Shown here: positions 53,855 to 64,000 of the stretch, one piece after another
Position numbering within the stretch: the stretch's first letter is position 1
Layout: each line of letters opens with the position of its first letter
NCBI GenBank assembly: GCA_031835245.2
Contig: JAVKOQ020000008.1
Coordinates: forward strand, 248,001 to 312,000
Source of the DNA: Balamuthia mandrillaris
Lineage: Eukaryota
Direction of reading: 5' to 3'
DNA length: 64,000 bases
The notes under the pieces: generated by a model
The model's database searches: none
Told to the model about the DNA's origin: nothing
The model's input: the letters and a program-made list of their open reading frames with translations, nothing else
Program-made: the position numbers and the translations under genes

Positions 53855-56800
53855 GTAGTAGTAATAAGAAGTTTATTTGCTCTGAGAGCAACACCAATCT
53901 ATACATAAAAAGTAAGCATTGTACATACATAGTGTACTCTTACTTCTCTTACTCCCTCATCCTCAATGCCTTCCCCATTGTTATTCAAGTTCACAAGTGA
54001 AAAGTGTTGAATGAGATTTCAGACTAACTTTGTATCATCTAGCTATCCTTTTCTTTCCCTTTCCTTTCTTCTCTTTTCCTTGCTTTTACATTACTTCCAA
54101 AGATTGATAAAATGCAGAAGAACTTCCATGCTTCCAACTTGCTCTTGCTGCCCATAATCTCCAGACTCGTTTACAACTTTGCTTACATTGTTCCATCTCT
54201 TGAGCTCTGTTGCATTTCTTTCCACTTAATAGGAGCTTTGTTGTACAGTCTTCTATAACCAGCTTTCTGACTTGTTCTTCATTTCCATTGTCCACATTCC
54301 AGATTCTAAGGCGATCTTCCCAAAGATTTGGACATCTAAACAGGAAGTGTTCTGCTGTTAGAACCTGAGCATAGAACCAAGACAGGAACAAAGAGAAAGA
54401 CAGGAGCCAAACGTATATAATGAGAAGAAGAGAACAACTGTGTTTCTAAGTGTGTGTTGTTGCTTCGTTCGTGCTTGTGTTCTTGGTTATAGGAAAAGTA
54501 TTTATAGTTAAGAAGGCAACCAAGGAAGGAAAGAGGCTTGGGGTTGGGAAGTGACTTCTTGGTTTCTTTGTTCTAAAGTTCTAGGCTCGGGAAAGTTCCG
54601 GGGAAGGCAGGAGAAAGATCTTCAGAATGGCTCTGTGTCGACATAAAAGATCGATGATTGCTGACATGAGATTGTCAACAGAAAAGAGAAAAGAATGAAG
54701 ATTTCCAAGGAAAGAACGTTTGATGAATGCAATTCATTGTAGTAGACTGCCTATTGGAAAAAAGTGGGGAGCCATTCAGCAGTCTAAGGAGGACAGTAAG
54801 TGCCCTGCATGTGATGCTGAGGAAGAAACAGCAGTGTTGGGGGATCTCCTGCCTTATGCAAGGGGATAACCACCCCCTGTTTCCACTCCTTGGAGAATAT
54901 GCCTTGGTTCTCAATGGCCTTGATCAGCGTCCAAGTTGCATCTTGCACATGTTTACCTCCATACTTCATCATTTCCCCCATCAATATTGTCTACACTAGC
55001 TACTTTGCCCACCCTCAATCTTTTCCTTCATACAAGATTAAAACTCTCCTTCTTAAGCCAGTTACTACCAAACCAAGACAGTCCTTCTGGACCTGCTTCC
55101 TCTCGATGCAAGCTCCCAATGGAAGAATCCTTCCTTCCCAGCTTTGCCCAATGTTCCTTGAAGGCTGCCGTGCTACCATGGTGCTCAAAACTGCTTTGGG
55201 CTCTGCTCTACGCTTTGCCACTATCCTCCACATGTTGCCGATCCATTTCTGCATTTCCTTGATGTTCTCTTGTCTTCTTCTCTTCATCCAGTCCCATTTG
55301 TTGGCTCTCCACAACTTCACAAACCTTTTCCTGAGTTCCTCAAATTCCTCTCTGGCCTTTCCATCATTCTTTCCTTCTCTTAGCCACTAAGCATGGACTA
55401 TCACTACCTGCTTGTTCAAGGATGTTAACTCTGCCATCCACCATGGCTTCCTTGCCCTGCCCATTGTTGCTCCTATCAGTCTCCTTTCTCTACCAAACCA
55501 TCTCATTGCACAATCCCACAATCCTTTTTTCCACTTGCTCCAACGATCGTCAACAGTAGCTGCTCTCTCCTATGTTTTCCTGACCATGGCCTTCCATTCC
55601 TCTCCTTTGAAGAAACGCTTGCATCTGTGTTTGTACTCCCTCCACCTCCTCTTGCGATTTTCCTCTGAGTAGGACTTCCACTTCCATCATTCTATCAAAC
55701 CTCGCCACAATTATCTGCTGAGTCCTTCAACTTGACTACCAGTGGCCGATGATCAGTCCATGCATGCCATCCGTCACCAACTACCTTGCTCATCCATCTC
55801 CATGCTATCACATAGTCCACAATGCTCTTTCATTTTCCAGCTCTCCATGTAAATACTGGCATTTCCTCTTCGAGCTGAGGCAATGAGAGGGCCAGCCTTT
55901 TGAAAGACTCCACCAACACCTTTCCTCTTGTGTTGTAAGTAGACTCACATCTACCAACCCTGGCGTTCCAATCTCCTCCAATAATCAAGGGCTACCCCTT
56001 CCATAGTCACTCCTCCCTGGGGCAGCCCCTCCAGCCATTCACCAATATCCCTCCAAGCAAGGGGCAACCATCCTCCTATGTTCACACACTCCAATAATGT
56101 CAAATTGCTTACTGTCAGCCCAACAGCTGACCAATTCCTCTTGTCCCCAGCCCCTAGAGTTGACAAACGCTACTGAAGTCATTGGGTCTCCTCCCCTTCC
56201 TCCTCCACAATGTCAGACCAGTTGGCAGCACCGTGATACTCCTCCTCAGCCAGCACGATGCCTGAGAGTTCCAACGAGCTGTCCAAAGCCACTGTTCCAA
56301 TATTTTCCTCCTTTTCCTTCCTCTTCTCCATCTTTCTTTGCTCTTTAGGCTTTCATAGTGGTTTGCCTTCATTCTTGGCTTCTTCAATTCGGGCTTTGCC
56401 CACCCACCAGTGGGTAAAAGCATACAGCCTGGCTCTTTTCACAATAATGTCTTTAGCAAAGCCATACTTTGGTTTTACTGTAGACCAATAGTTCGGGTTG
56501 GTTACCGTATCTTTGGTCCACATCCTCCTGTATATGTTGGAGTTATCCTGCCAACATATCCCTTGTTCCTTTGCAATTTCTTCCTTCCAGTATTCCAAGC
56601 TTGGCATGCTAGCCAGCTGTAGTTGCTGTTGGAGGGAAATTCCTTTCTGTAGTAATCATATCACACCGCGGAGCTGATCCGACCACCTCCATGTAAGACC
56701 ATTGGGAACCCAGAGTAGGGCTGCCTTTGGTACTATTTGCACTTCCTTTTTCCCCCACCATAAGATTATTAATCTCCTTGTTGAGAGATTCAATCAGGTC

Positions 56801-57300
56801 CCTGAATCGTACAATCACTGTGAGTGAGAGTACACCTGCCTTGGAGAGCTTACCATACTCGTGAGAAACACTGCTAATACAATCAAACAGCAGTGCCACT
56901 TGACTGTTGGTTCACTCCTTACTGCCGTCCATATTGACTGAGTCCAAATCAATCTTCCCTTTGGGCACAACACTAGTTCCTTCCTCTCAGAGAGGCGAAT
57001 CCACTACCGAGTTACACTGATCCTCTGCCCCTCTGTCGTCCTCCTCCTTTTGGTTAACCCTGGGAGAAGGAATTTTGACTGTGTTAGGGTTCAGGTGCCC
57101 ATACTTTTCCACCATCAACTTGAACACTTCCTCCAAAAGCTGATTTAGCTTGTCCCCTTTGAACAAAACACTCAGGGATCTTTGCCTCTTTTTGCACAGC
57201 TTGCAAAGCGGGCTTCCATGAATGATTAGTAACTGTTTAGGGTCCCCAGTCTAAGATGTTCCATCATGGCCAGATCCACCCATCAATGTAGGACCTGTTC
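53855..57300 (-). mobile_element. Degenerate non-LTR (LINE) retrotransposon, APE-RT type; RT core missing; 5' boundary approximate
   Basis: Minus-strand remnants: WTDHRPLVV (APE SDH-like motif, ~55735-55760), GIFSKEWKQGVVIPLHKAGD (pre-RT motif, ~54845-54905) and TAEHFLFRCP (C-terminal H..C motif, ~54330-54360). The ORF stop at 54086 is followed by a 3'UTR ending in AATAAA plus (TAC)n at 53855. Confidence 0.75.
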
Positions 57301-57609
57301 CTTCTCCTGACTGTCAATCAATTCAGTGCTCTTGTGTGGCAGTGCCCTATTTTTTCTGCATTTTCCCCCTTTTTCATTTGTATTTTTTTTGTCTTTTATT
57401 TTGAAAATCAAAGATCTTTGTCTTCTTAATTTAGCAGGGGAATATTATTTTTTTGGTTGATGAAGTGTAAGGAAAAGTTATTAAGGGAAATCACAGCAAC
57501 AGTCATGATCACAGTGGTAGGCAAGGATAGCAAATGTCAATGTAATGTTCATGTCAACATTTATAATGACATTAATAATGAAGACTGTGCTATGATCTTT
57601 TGGTTGTAT

Positions 57610-57682
57610 TAGTAGTAGTAGTAATAAGACGTTTATTTGCTCTGAGAGCAACACCAATCTATACATAAAAAGTAAGCATTGT
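57610..57682 (-). mobile_element. Severely 5'-truncated copy of the LINE 3' end, with (TAC)n tail
   Basis: Near-identical to 53855-53922. Confidence 0.8.
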
Positions 57683-57988
57683 TTTTGGTTGTGTTAATTT
57701 ATGTAGTCATGATCACAACGACAGTAGGCAAAGCCAGCTAATGTTAATGCCAATATCAGCTGTTAGATTAAGATAGCAAGAAGTGTATCCCTGCACACTC
57801 AACAGTGTTTGGTAGTCGATGAAGTTGTATAAAATTCTGCTATTGTTGCAATCATTGACTTGGTTAAAACACTTTCCTGTATACCTATTCTTATTTCTCC
57901 TTGTATAGCTGTGTTGTAGTTGTCTTTGTCATTGCCTTGCCATCTTGGCATTGTTGTTGCCATTGCTGTTGCCCTTGTCATTGCAATT

Positions 57989-58324
57989 CCCTGCCCACTT
58001 GGCAGTTTTTGGCAGTCAGTATTCTACACTAGACAAACCACCAATTTTCGCCTCTGCTATTTTTAATATGAGCAGTTTTTGGCAGTTTTCAGCGGTTTGT
58101 GGCAGCTTTTGGTGGCTTTTTCACCACTGCTGTTTTTTAATGTGGGTGGTTTTTGATGGCCAGCCACTTGCAAACTGCATCAATAGCCAACCAAAAACTA
58201 CTTTATTATTTTAATTAACATCATTTTAGTTGAAGTAGGAAGTCTGTTTGACAAAGGCCACAAAGGTAGGACTTGTTGTTGAAGCTGTCATTGTTTCATT
58301 CTTCACCTGAGATTGACATTGCAG
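57989..58324. mobile_element. Fragment of the CCCTG-terminated TIR element; a more decayed TIR-like start also lies at 57789
   Basis: Inverted homologue of 61597-61909, beginning CCCTGCCCACTTGGCAGTTTTTGGCAGTCA. Confidence 0.65.
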
Positions 58325-59370
58325 TGTAAGCCTGCAGGAGTGGACAAACCCAAGATAACATGAGGTGCCTCATGGCCCCAGCAGTTCCCTTCTGAAAAGC
58401 ATCATTTATTTGAACACTGGTGATGCCCAACCTGTTTTCTATAAACAGTACACCAACCTCGAGATTTATTACATTCAGTTTTTTGGCAACTCACCAAATG
58501 GCTCTGGCATAGCGTCATTGCACTCTTCTCACTATCAAGAGATGGCCACCTACCCGACCTAGAGAAAATCTCTACCTTTGCCACCTACCTATTTCCATCA
58601 CGGGCAAACAAATACAGAGCTTTTTACAAACTTCCTTCAGGACTACATTCCTTGCTACACAGAGATCGTGGCACCCCTCAAGCCTCTCCAGCACATCCCT
58701 GATATTCAACCTTATTAGAATGACAACTATTAATAAGCACTTAATACTTGCAAGCATGTCATCTCCAGTCCAACCATCCTCAGCGCACCAGATTGACACA
58801 AACTCTTTTGTGTTGGCACTAACACTTCTCAGCATGGTGTTGGTACTGTACTTTACCAAGAAGACGACAACAGTAAGCATAGCTACATCTGCTTCACCAG
58901 CAGGACTCTTAACCCCGCTCAACACAATTATCTTTCCATCAAAAAAGAGCTACTAACCATCATTTTCGCCCTCTGCAGGTTCCACTACTACCTCATTGGC
59001 TGATGCTTCTTATTCTACACTGACCACAGACCTCTTTTGCATCCTTTCAAAGCAAAAGACCTCAATAGCATGCTCATGTAGTGACTGGGCGCTTGTGATT
59101 CTCCACTATGCTTTTAAGGTTTTCCATCAGCCTGGCATTTACCATATCTTAGAAGACTCCCTTTCACAGTTGTACACCCCTTCCATCCTCAGCAATGCAC
59201 TGCTGAATGTTCCTCAAGATCCTTAGAACACCAAAACTCTGGTCCCAAAACCCAAGATCAACAACATTGAACTTGATAACAGCCAACTCTCAGCTCCCTC
59301 ATGTATGTAAAACGACTTCAGCAAGGACCTTCTCAGCAAAACGGTTCCTCCACCTAACAAATGTTAACAA

Positions 59371-61909
59371 CCCTGTGCACTCAGCAGTTTTTGGCAGTCA
59401 AATTAAGCTGTCAAAAATTCTGGACAAATTTTTATGTGGCGGTTTTGCAGCTTTCCCAAAATGGCGGTTTTTGGCAGTTTTTCCATCAGTTGTCAAAAAC
59501 CGCCCATATAAATTTTGCTGGGTGGAAAAATTGCCAATTTCCATCATATAAAATTTATGGAGACTGTAAACTGGCACAAACACAACCATGCACTATTGCC
59601 ATTGCTCTTGCCCTTGTTGTTGTCATTGCCGTTGCTGTTGTCCTTGCCGTTGCCCTTGCCATCTTGGAATTATCATTGCCATTGCTGTTGTCCATGTTAT
59701 TGCAATTGTTGTTGTGATTGCCATTGCCATTGTTGTCATCGTTGTCATTGCCTTAGCTATTGCTGTTGTTGTTATCATTGCTATTGGCAAAGGCTGTCCA
59801 CACAATGACCATGAGAGCTGATAAATGAAGCATGATTCTTAGATAGGAGCCTCAAGTCTTCATAAGGAAGAGCATTGCGTTGTTTGTTGTTTAGTTGTTG
59901 AAGAACAGAACAGAACAAGTAATGACGCTAGTCCATATCATTCATTGGGAAGAAAGCTGCACACAGCCCAACACCTATGCATCAACTGGTGGCCATCAAA
60001 GGAGGCCTGTTTAACTAACTGCCTGCTGGTTCCTGAGAGGACGTTATGAAGGTATGATTGTGTCCTGCCAGCAACAGAATGCCAAGAGCTAGGCTGTTCA
60101 AGGACAGCAAAAGCCACTTGGAAGTCTTTCCTACAGTATTTGGATAAAGGCCCGAAGTCACCTCATCAAGGAGATAAAGGTGAGGATAAGGCATCATGTC
60201 AATGCCTTTTCTTCTTTGTTATCTATGTTGGTTTCTTCCGTGCTGTGGCAGACGAAGAGAAGAGGGAGTGAGAGCAAGCACAGTCCCCTTGTTCTTGCTC
60301 CTTGTTACGATTTTGGTATTTTTGTCAACAACGAAGGAACCCTCAGGTATGTAATATTTTTAACCCTGCTTCTCCTTCTCTTTTGCAGTTTTGGTTCCTA
60401 AAAGTACGACACACAGTGCTCGCAGTTCTTGTTCCCCTTGGCCTTTTCCTCCTTTCTCCCTGGCCTTCTGCATTCACCTCTCTCCCTCTTTTCTTTCCTG
60501 GTGTTCTCTTTGTGAGCAACAGTGAGAAGGGAAAGGTGAGGCAGCAGGGGGTGTTTGCTGCTGATTAAACACTCAGTCAAAAGAAAGGCTTAAGAGAGTG
60601 CAGCCATCTGCCACTTCCTCCCTCCGTTTGTTCTCCTAGTGCACAACAGGTGGGGCAAATTGAACTGGAGTGAAGTGGTTCAGAGGGCTGCCATCTTGCT
60701 TTTCCTTGATGCACCTGGTTCATGTTTTGTTGGGAGAAGTTGGAAAAGTGTGAAGGTGGAATGGTGGCTTTTCTGCTTTACTCGCCACCTTCTATCACTG
60801 TAGTAGGAACTCTCTTGCTCTTTTCTCTCCCTCTCACACTGATATAACGTGAATCACCCCAGTAGTCTCATAACTTGTAATCATCTCTCAACACACCTTG
60901 CTTGCAAGTAGGTTCCCTCTCTTTCCCTCTGCTTCTCCTTCTCTCTCTGCCTCTCCCTCTCCCTCTAATACGGCATTCAGCACCATCAGCTGGCTGTTGT
61001 TATGGTCTATTTTCACTTGTACATTCCCTCTTAGCCCTCTCACCCTGCCTCCTTCCCTCCTTCGAGCCTCAGCCCACCAACCTGCGCAAGGAGCAACTTT
61101 GTGCAGGACAGTTGTACATTTTAACACATGACGTATTGGGGTAACCCTGTGTTCCTAGGTCATGTCGACATGACTCAATAAATAACAAAAAAAACCAACC
61201 CATGAAGGAAGTAGCTTGACAAAAAGGAGTGATGATGGCACCAAACCAAGGTTGTTGCATGATGGCAACCAACCTTTTACTGTTGATTAAAGTTAGCTTT
61301 CTAGATGGTTCTCTGCTTGCCATTGCCCCTTGCTTTGTTTACTTACCTTCAGTGAAATTACTGTATAGGATAACTTCACAGCCCTGGGCCTGGGCGGAGT
61401 TGTTCAATGCATCATGAACGCAGACCATTGATCTTACAAACCAACTCTACACAATGAAAACATACCTACTACTACTTTTAAACATGACAAAGCCAAAAGT
61501 GGGTTTGTTTTCAAAGAGTGTTGTTGGTTTGCAAGAGAGTTTGCTATTTCTTTCTGACCTCTCTTTTGTCTCCTATGTAGCAATCGATGCCCTTTTGCAA
61601 TGTTTATCTCATGCGGAGAATGGAACAATGAAAGTTTCAACAACAATGACTACTATTGTGGCCTTTGTACAACAGGCTTCCAACTTCAACTAAAACAATG
61701 TTAATTACAATAATACAGCAGTTTTTGGTTGCCTATTAATGCAGATTGTGAGTGGCTGGTTGCCAAAAACCGCTCATATTAAAAACAGCAATGGTGGAAA
61801 GGCCACCAAAAACCTGCAAAAAACCACTCATATTAAAATAGCAGAGACAGAAAACAGCGGTTTGCCCAATGCAAACCACCAACCACCAAAAACCGCCAAG
61901 TGCACAGGG
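59371..61909. mobile_element. About 2.5-kb DNA-transposon-like element with ~30-bp TIRs (CCCTGTGCACT...), non-autonomous or decayed
   Basis: The left end CCCTGTGCACTCAGCAGTTTTTGGCAGTCA pairs with the reverse-complemented right end CCCTGTGCACTTGGCGGTTTTTGGTGGTTG. Removing the element rejoins the gypsy frame. Subterminal GGC(A/G)GTTTTT motifs and a degenerate (ATTGCC/GTTGCC)n tract (59590-59790) lie inside. Confidence 0.7.
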
Positions 61910-62850
61910 ATCTTGGAACAACTCCATTAAACATGAAGGTGCTGAAAGCCTTCTTCACAAAGTTCTCAAGGAAGGTTACTTTTGGCCCAACATCCACAAT
62001 GACTGCCACAACATAGCACACTTGCTTTATAATTCTCCTCCCTCTCAAGGACAAATCCATAGAAGAAGTGTCCTGTGAGTTTGTCAACCTCAGCCAAAAT
62101 CGTCCAGTCTGATAATGGCACTGAATTTGTCAACAAAGTCATGTCCATAGTATGTGACCAGGCAGGTTTCAACCACTGGTTCAACTCTTCATACCATCCA
62201 CAAGCTAACAGTGCTGCAGAAAGCCACACCAAGCTCCTCAAATCCATGCTCCTTGTTGGTAAAATCATGAACACTTATCTCAAGATTCCTCATGTTGGAT
62301 CCGTCCTGGACCCTCAGCTCTCCTTTCTTTTGTATCCCCCATCCTTCCTTTCTCCCGTTTCCCCTTTCTCTCAGTGTCCTTGGAAGCAATGTCAGAGATT
62401 CACTCTTGTTGTCCTTCCTCTATTCTCTTGAATACACTCCTTGTCTCGTCACTGACTCTTTCCTTCCTAAGGTTGGATTCAACCAACATCCTGAAATCCC
62501 TTAAAAGGTAAACTCAAACACTAGTCCACTTTCCTCCTCCATCACACAATTCGCCTTAAACCAGCAAATATCCTGTAACTCGGACTCCAAACCCTTTGAG
62601 TTCTTCTTTGGCAGGTCTCTTTCTTACTCAGACAACAATTTTTACAGCATATCCAAGCTAAAAACCTGGGATCACTTCTCTCACTAAGGTCATGCTGCAA
62701 ATCTATCCCTCTATCTATGAAAAGGTTACCAAATACAAACGTTTTGAAGTTGAAAAGATCCTCAACCATAATGGCCCTACCTTTCAACCATTACTATCTT
62801 GTGAAGAAATACCAAGATTTGGATAACTCCTGGGTTGCAACCAAGGACTT

Positions 62851-62902
62851 AGGCTCTCAGCGACCCAGGTGGAGAGGTTAGGAGATGGGTCGCTGAGAAC
62901 CT
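62851..62902. mobile_element. 52-bp miniature inverted-repeat element or hairpin
   Basis: AGGCTCTCAGCGACCCA ... TGGGTCGCTGAGAACCT (17-bp IR, 1 mismatch, 18-nt spacer), flanked by ACTT on both sides. Confidence 0.55.
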
Positions 62903-62940
62903 ACTTCATTATGTGGAAGTTCTTCTGCAGTTTATCTTCC

Positions 62941-63146
62941 AAGAAAAAGGATAGCAAGATGATACAAAGTTAGTCTGAAATCTCATTCAACACCTTTCAC
63001 TTGTGAACTTGAATAACAATGGGGAAGGCATTGAGGATGAGGGAGTAAGAGAAGTAAGAGTACACTATGTATGTACAATGCTTACTTTTTATGTATAGAT
63101 TGGTGTTGCTCTCAGAGCAAATAAACTTCTTATTACTACTACTACT
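62941..63146 (+). mobile_element. 5'-truncated LINE 3'UTR copy with AATAAA and (TAC)n tail
   Basis: Near-perfect reverse complement of 53855-54055. Confidence 0.85.
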
Positions 63147-63298
63147 CACTTCTCTTCTCACATAACCTGAGGTCTACAAGCAATAGCTCTTCTCCATGTT
63201 CCACACCTACTCTGAAGTAAGTACCTCCATTGAGTTCATTGCTGAATATATTGGGGAGTTGGTTGCAAAGTGTAGGAAATCAGTCAATAAGTTTGTGA

Positions 63299-63434
63299 AC
63301 ATTACTTCCAAAGATTGATAAAATGCAGAAGAACTTCCATGTTTTCAACTTGCTCTTGCCCATAATCTCCATATTCGATTACAACTTTGCTTACTCCAGA
63401 TTCTAAAGTGATCTTCTCAAAGATTTGGGCATCT
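63299..63434 (-). mobile_element. Fragment of the LINE ORF end, with an internal deletion
   Basis: Matches 54088-54186 joined directly to ~54298-54337. Confidence 0.8.
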
Positions 63435-63654
63435 TACCTGTTGCCAAATAAAAAGTACACAAACAGAAGCAGCCTGCTCACCTCTTGCCCATCAGATGGC
63501 ACATTGATCCTTAGTGTCGTTATGTTTCTTGAAGAACAAAAAGTGACTATTTTCATTGATTCTGTTTATTGTACACAACATTGTTTTCTTTTGACAATAT
63601 ATATATATAGTTTCTTTTGTTTATTCGAAAAAAACATTTACAATTCATTTTTTA

Positions 63655-64000
63655 TTACCAAAGTTGTGTCAATTCTTCACATACAGTTTGAATGTGTTGA
63701 AGCAATGATTGTTGTTCTTCTAATTCAGATTTAAGAATACGATTGTTTTCTTTAAGATAATGAACTTGCTCTCGTGCACCCCAAAGATCTTTAGCAACAT
63801 TAGGACGTTCCCATTTGTCACTTATTTGTTGCGTTGAGTCTTTCTTTTTTGTTAAAGGTTGATTAAGGAGGTTATTCAAATGGTCATCCAAGGTAGATAA
63901 AAAAGAAGATGATGCATGATTTGCAGAAGGTGTAACACTATCATGTTGTTTTAATTCTTGAAATTCTTGTAAAGAAAAGTCAGTAAGAGTTGTTTTTTGA
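63655..64000 (-). CDS. 3' end of an unidentified AT-rich gene with a C-terminal coiled coil; the gene continues beyond the window
   Basis: The frame is open from the window edge: QKTTLTDFSLQEFQELK...AREQVHYLKENNRILKSELEEQQSLLQHIQTVCEELTQLW*. Confidence 0.5.
   Translation of the reverse strand, partial: QKTTLTDFSLQEFQELKQHDSVTPSANHASSSFLSTLDDHLNNLLNQPLTKKKDSTQQISDKWERPNVAKDLWGAREQVHYLKENNRILKSELEEQQSLLQHIQTVCEELTQLW

Larger units (their letters stand above)
58330..62940 (+). mobile_element. Degenerate Ty3/gypsy LTR-retrotransposon pol (RT fragment, RNase H, integrase, chromodomain-like tail), split by an insertion at 59371-61909
   Basis: LNTGDAQPVFYKQY; DYIPCYTEIVAPL; RNase H TNTSQHGVGTVLYQ..FTSRTL..QHNY..KELLTIIFAL..TDH; integrase HEG..GYFWPNI, IVQSDNGTEF, YHPQANSAAE; tail YYLVK..DNSWVATKDL. 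The order RT-RH-IN is the gypsy order. No LTRs were identified. Confidence 0.82.

Noticed and set aside
59515..59821. Cys/His-rich metallothionein-like ORF
   Set aside because: It is a frame of a degenerate hexamer repeat inside the TIR element; a similar tract lies at 57910-57988.
53855..63146. The 200-bp inverted pair read as TIRs of one 9.3-kb element
   Set aside because: The repeat is the LINE 3'UTR with its poly(A) signal and tail, and a third truncated copy lies in between; independent insertions explain it better.

Overview
This is eukaryotic nuclear DNA, not prokaryotic. It is gene-dense and intron-rich, with short GT-AG introns that often carry (CT)n tracts. The gene set (Pats1-type Roco kinase, actinin-type CH proteins, IPT-domain transcription factor) suggests an amoebozoan such as an Acanthamoeba/Balamuthia-like amoeba; this is inference only. 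Positions 1-52.7 kb hold 17 tightly packed protein genes: NAPE-PLD, a divergent Rab, a KANSL1/NSL1-like PEHE protein, a CH-CH/LD-like/LIM chimera, a CRIP-like LIM protein, a YGR210C-type OBG GTPase, an Ig-fold+IPT putative transcription factor, SmF, NSRP1, V-ATPase H, a homeobox protein, a GPS2-like protein, a myotubularin-LRR-ROC-COR-kinase, an IBTK-like protein, a GH38 alpha-mannosidase, EMC7 and TSEN2. Positions ~52.8-63.5 kb form an island of nested, decayed transposons: an APE-type LINE with a (TAC)n tail, a Ty3/gypsy chromovirus-like pol, a TIR element and a 52-bp mini-TIR element. Their mutations are strongly CpG->TpG/CpA, pointing to methylation-driven decay. The 3' end of another gene enters at the right edge. 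Exon structures were read by eye, and family calls rest on remembered motifs rather than database searches.
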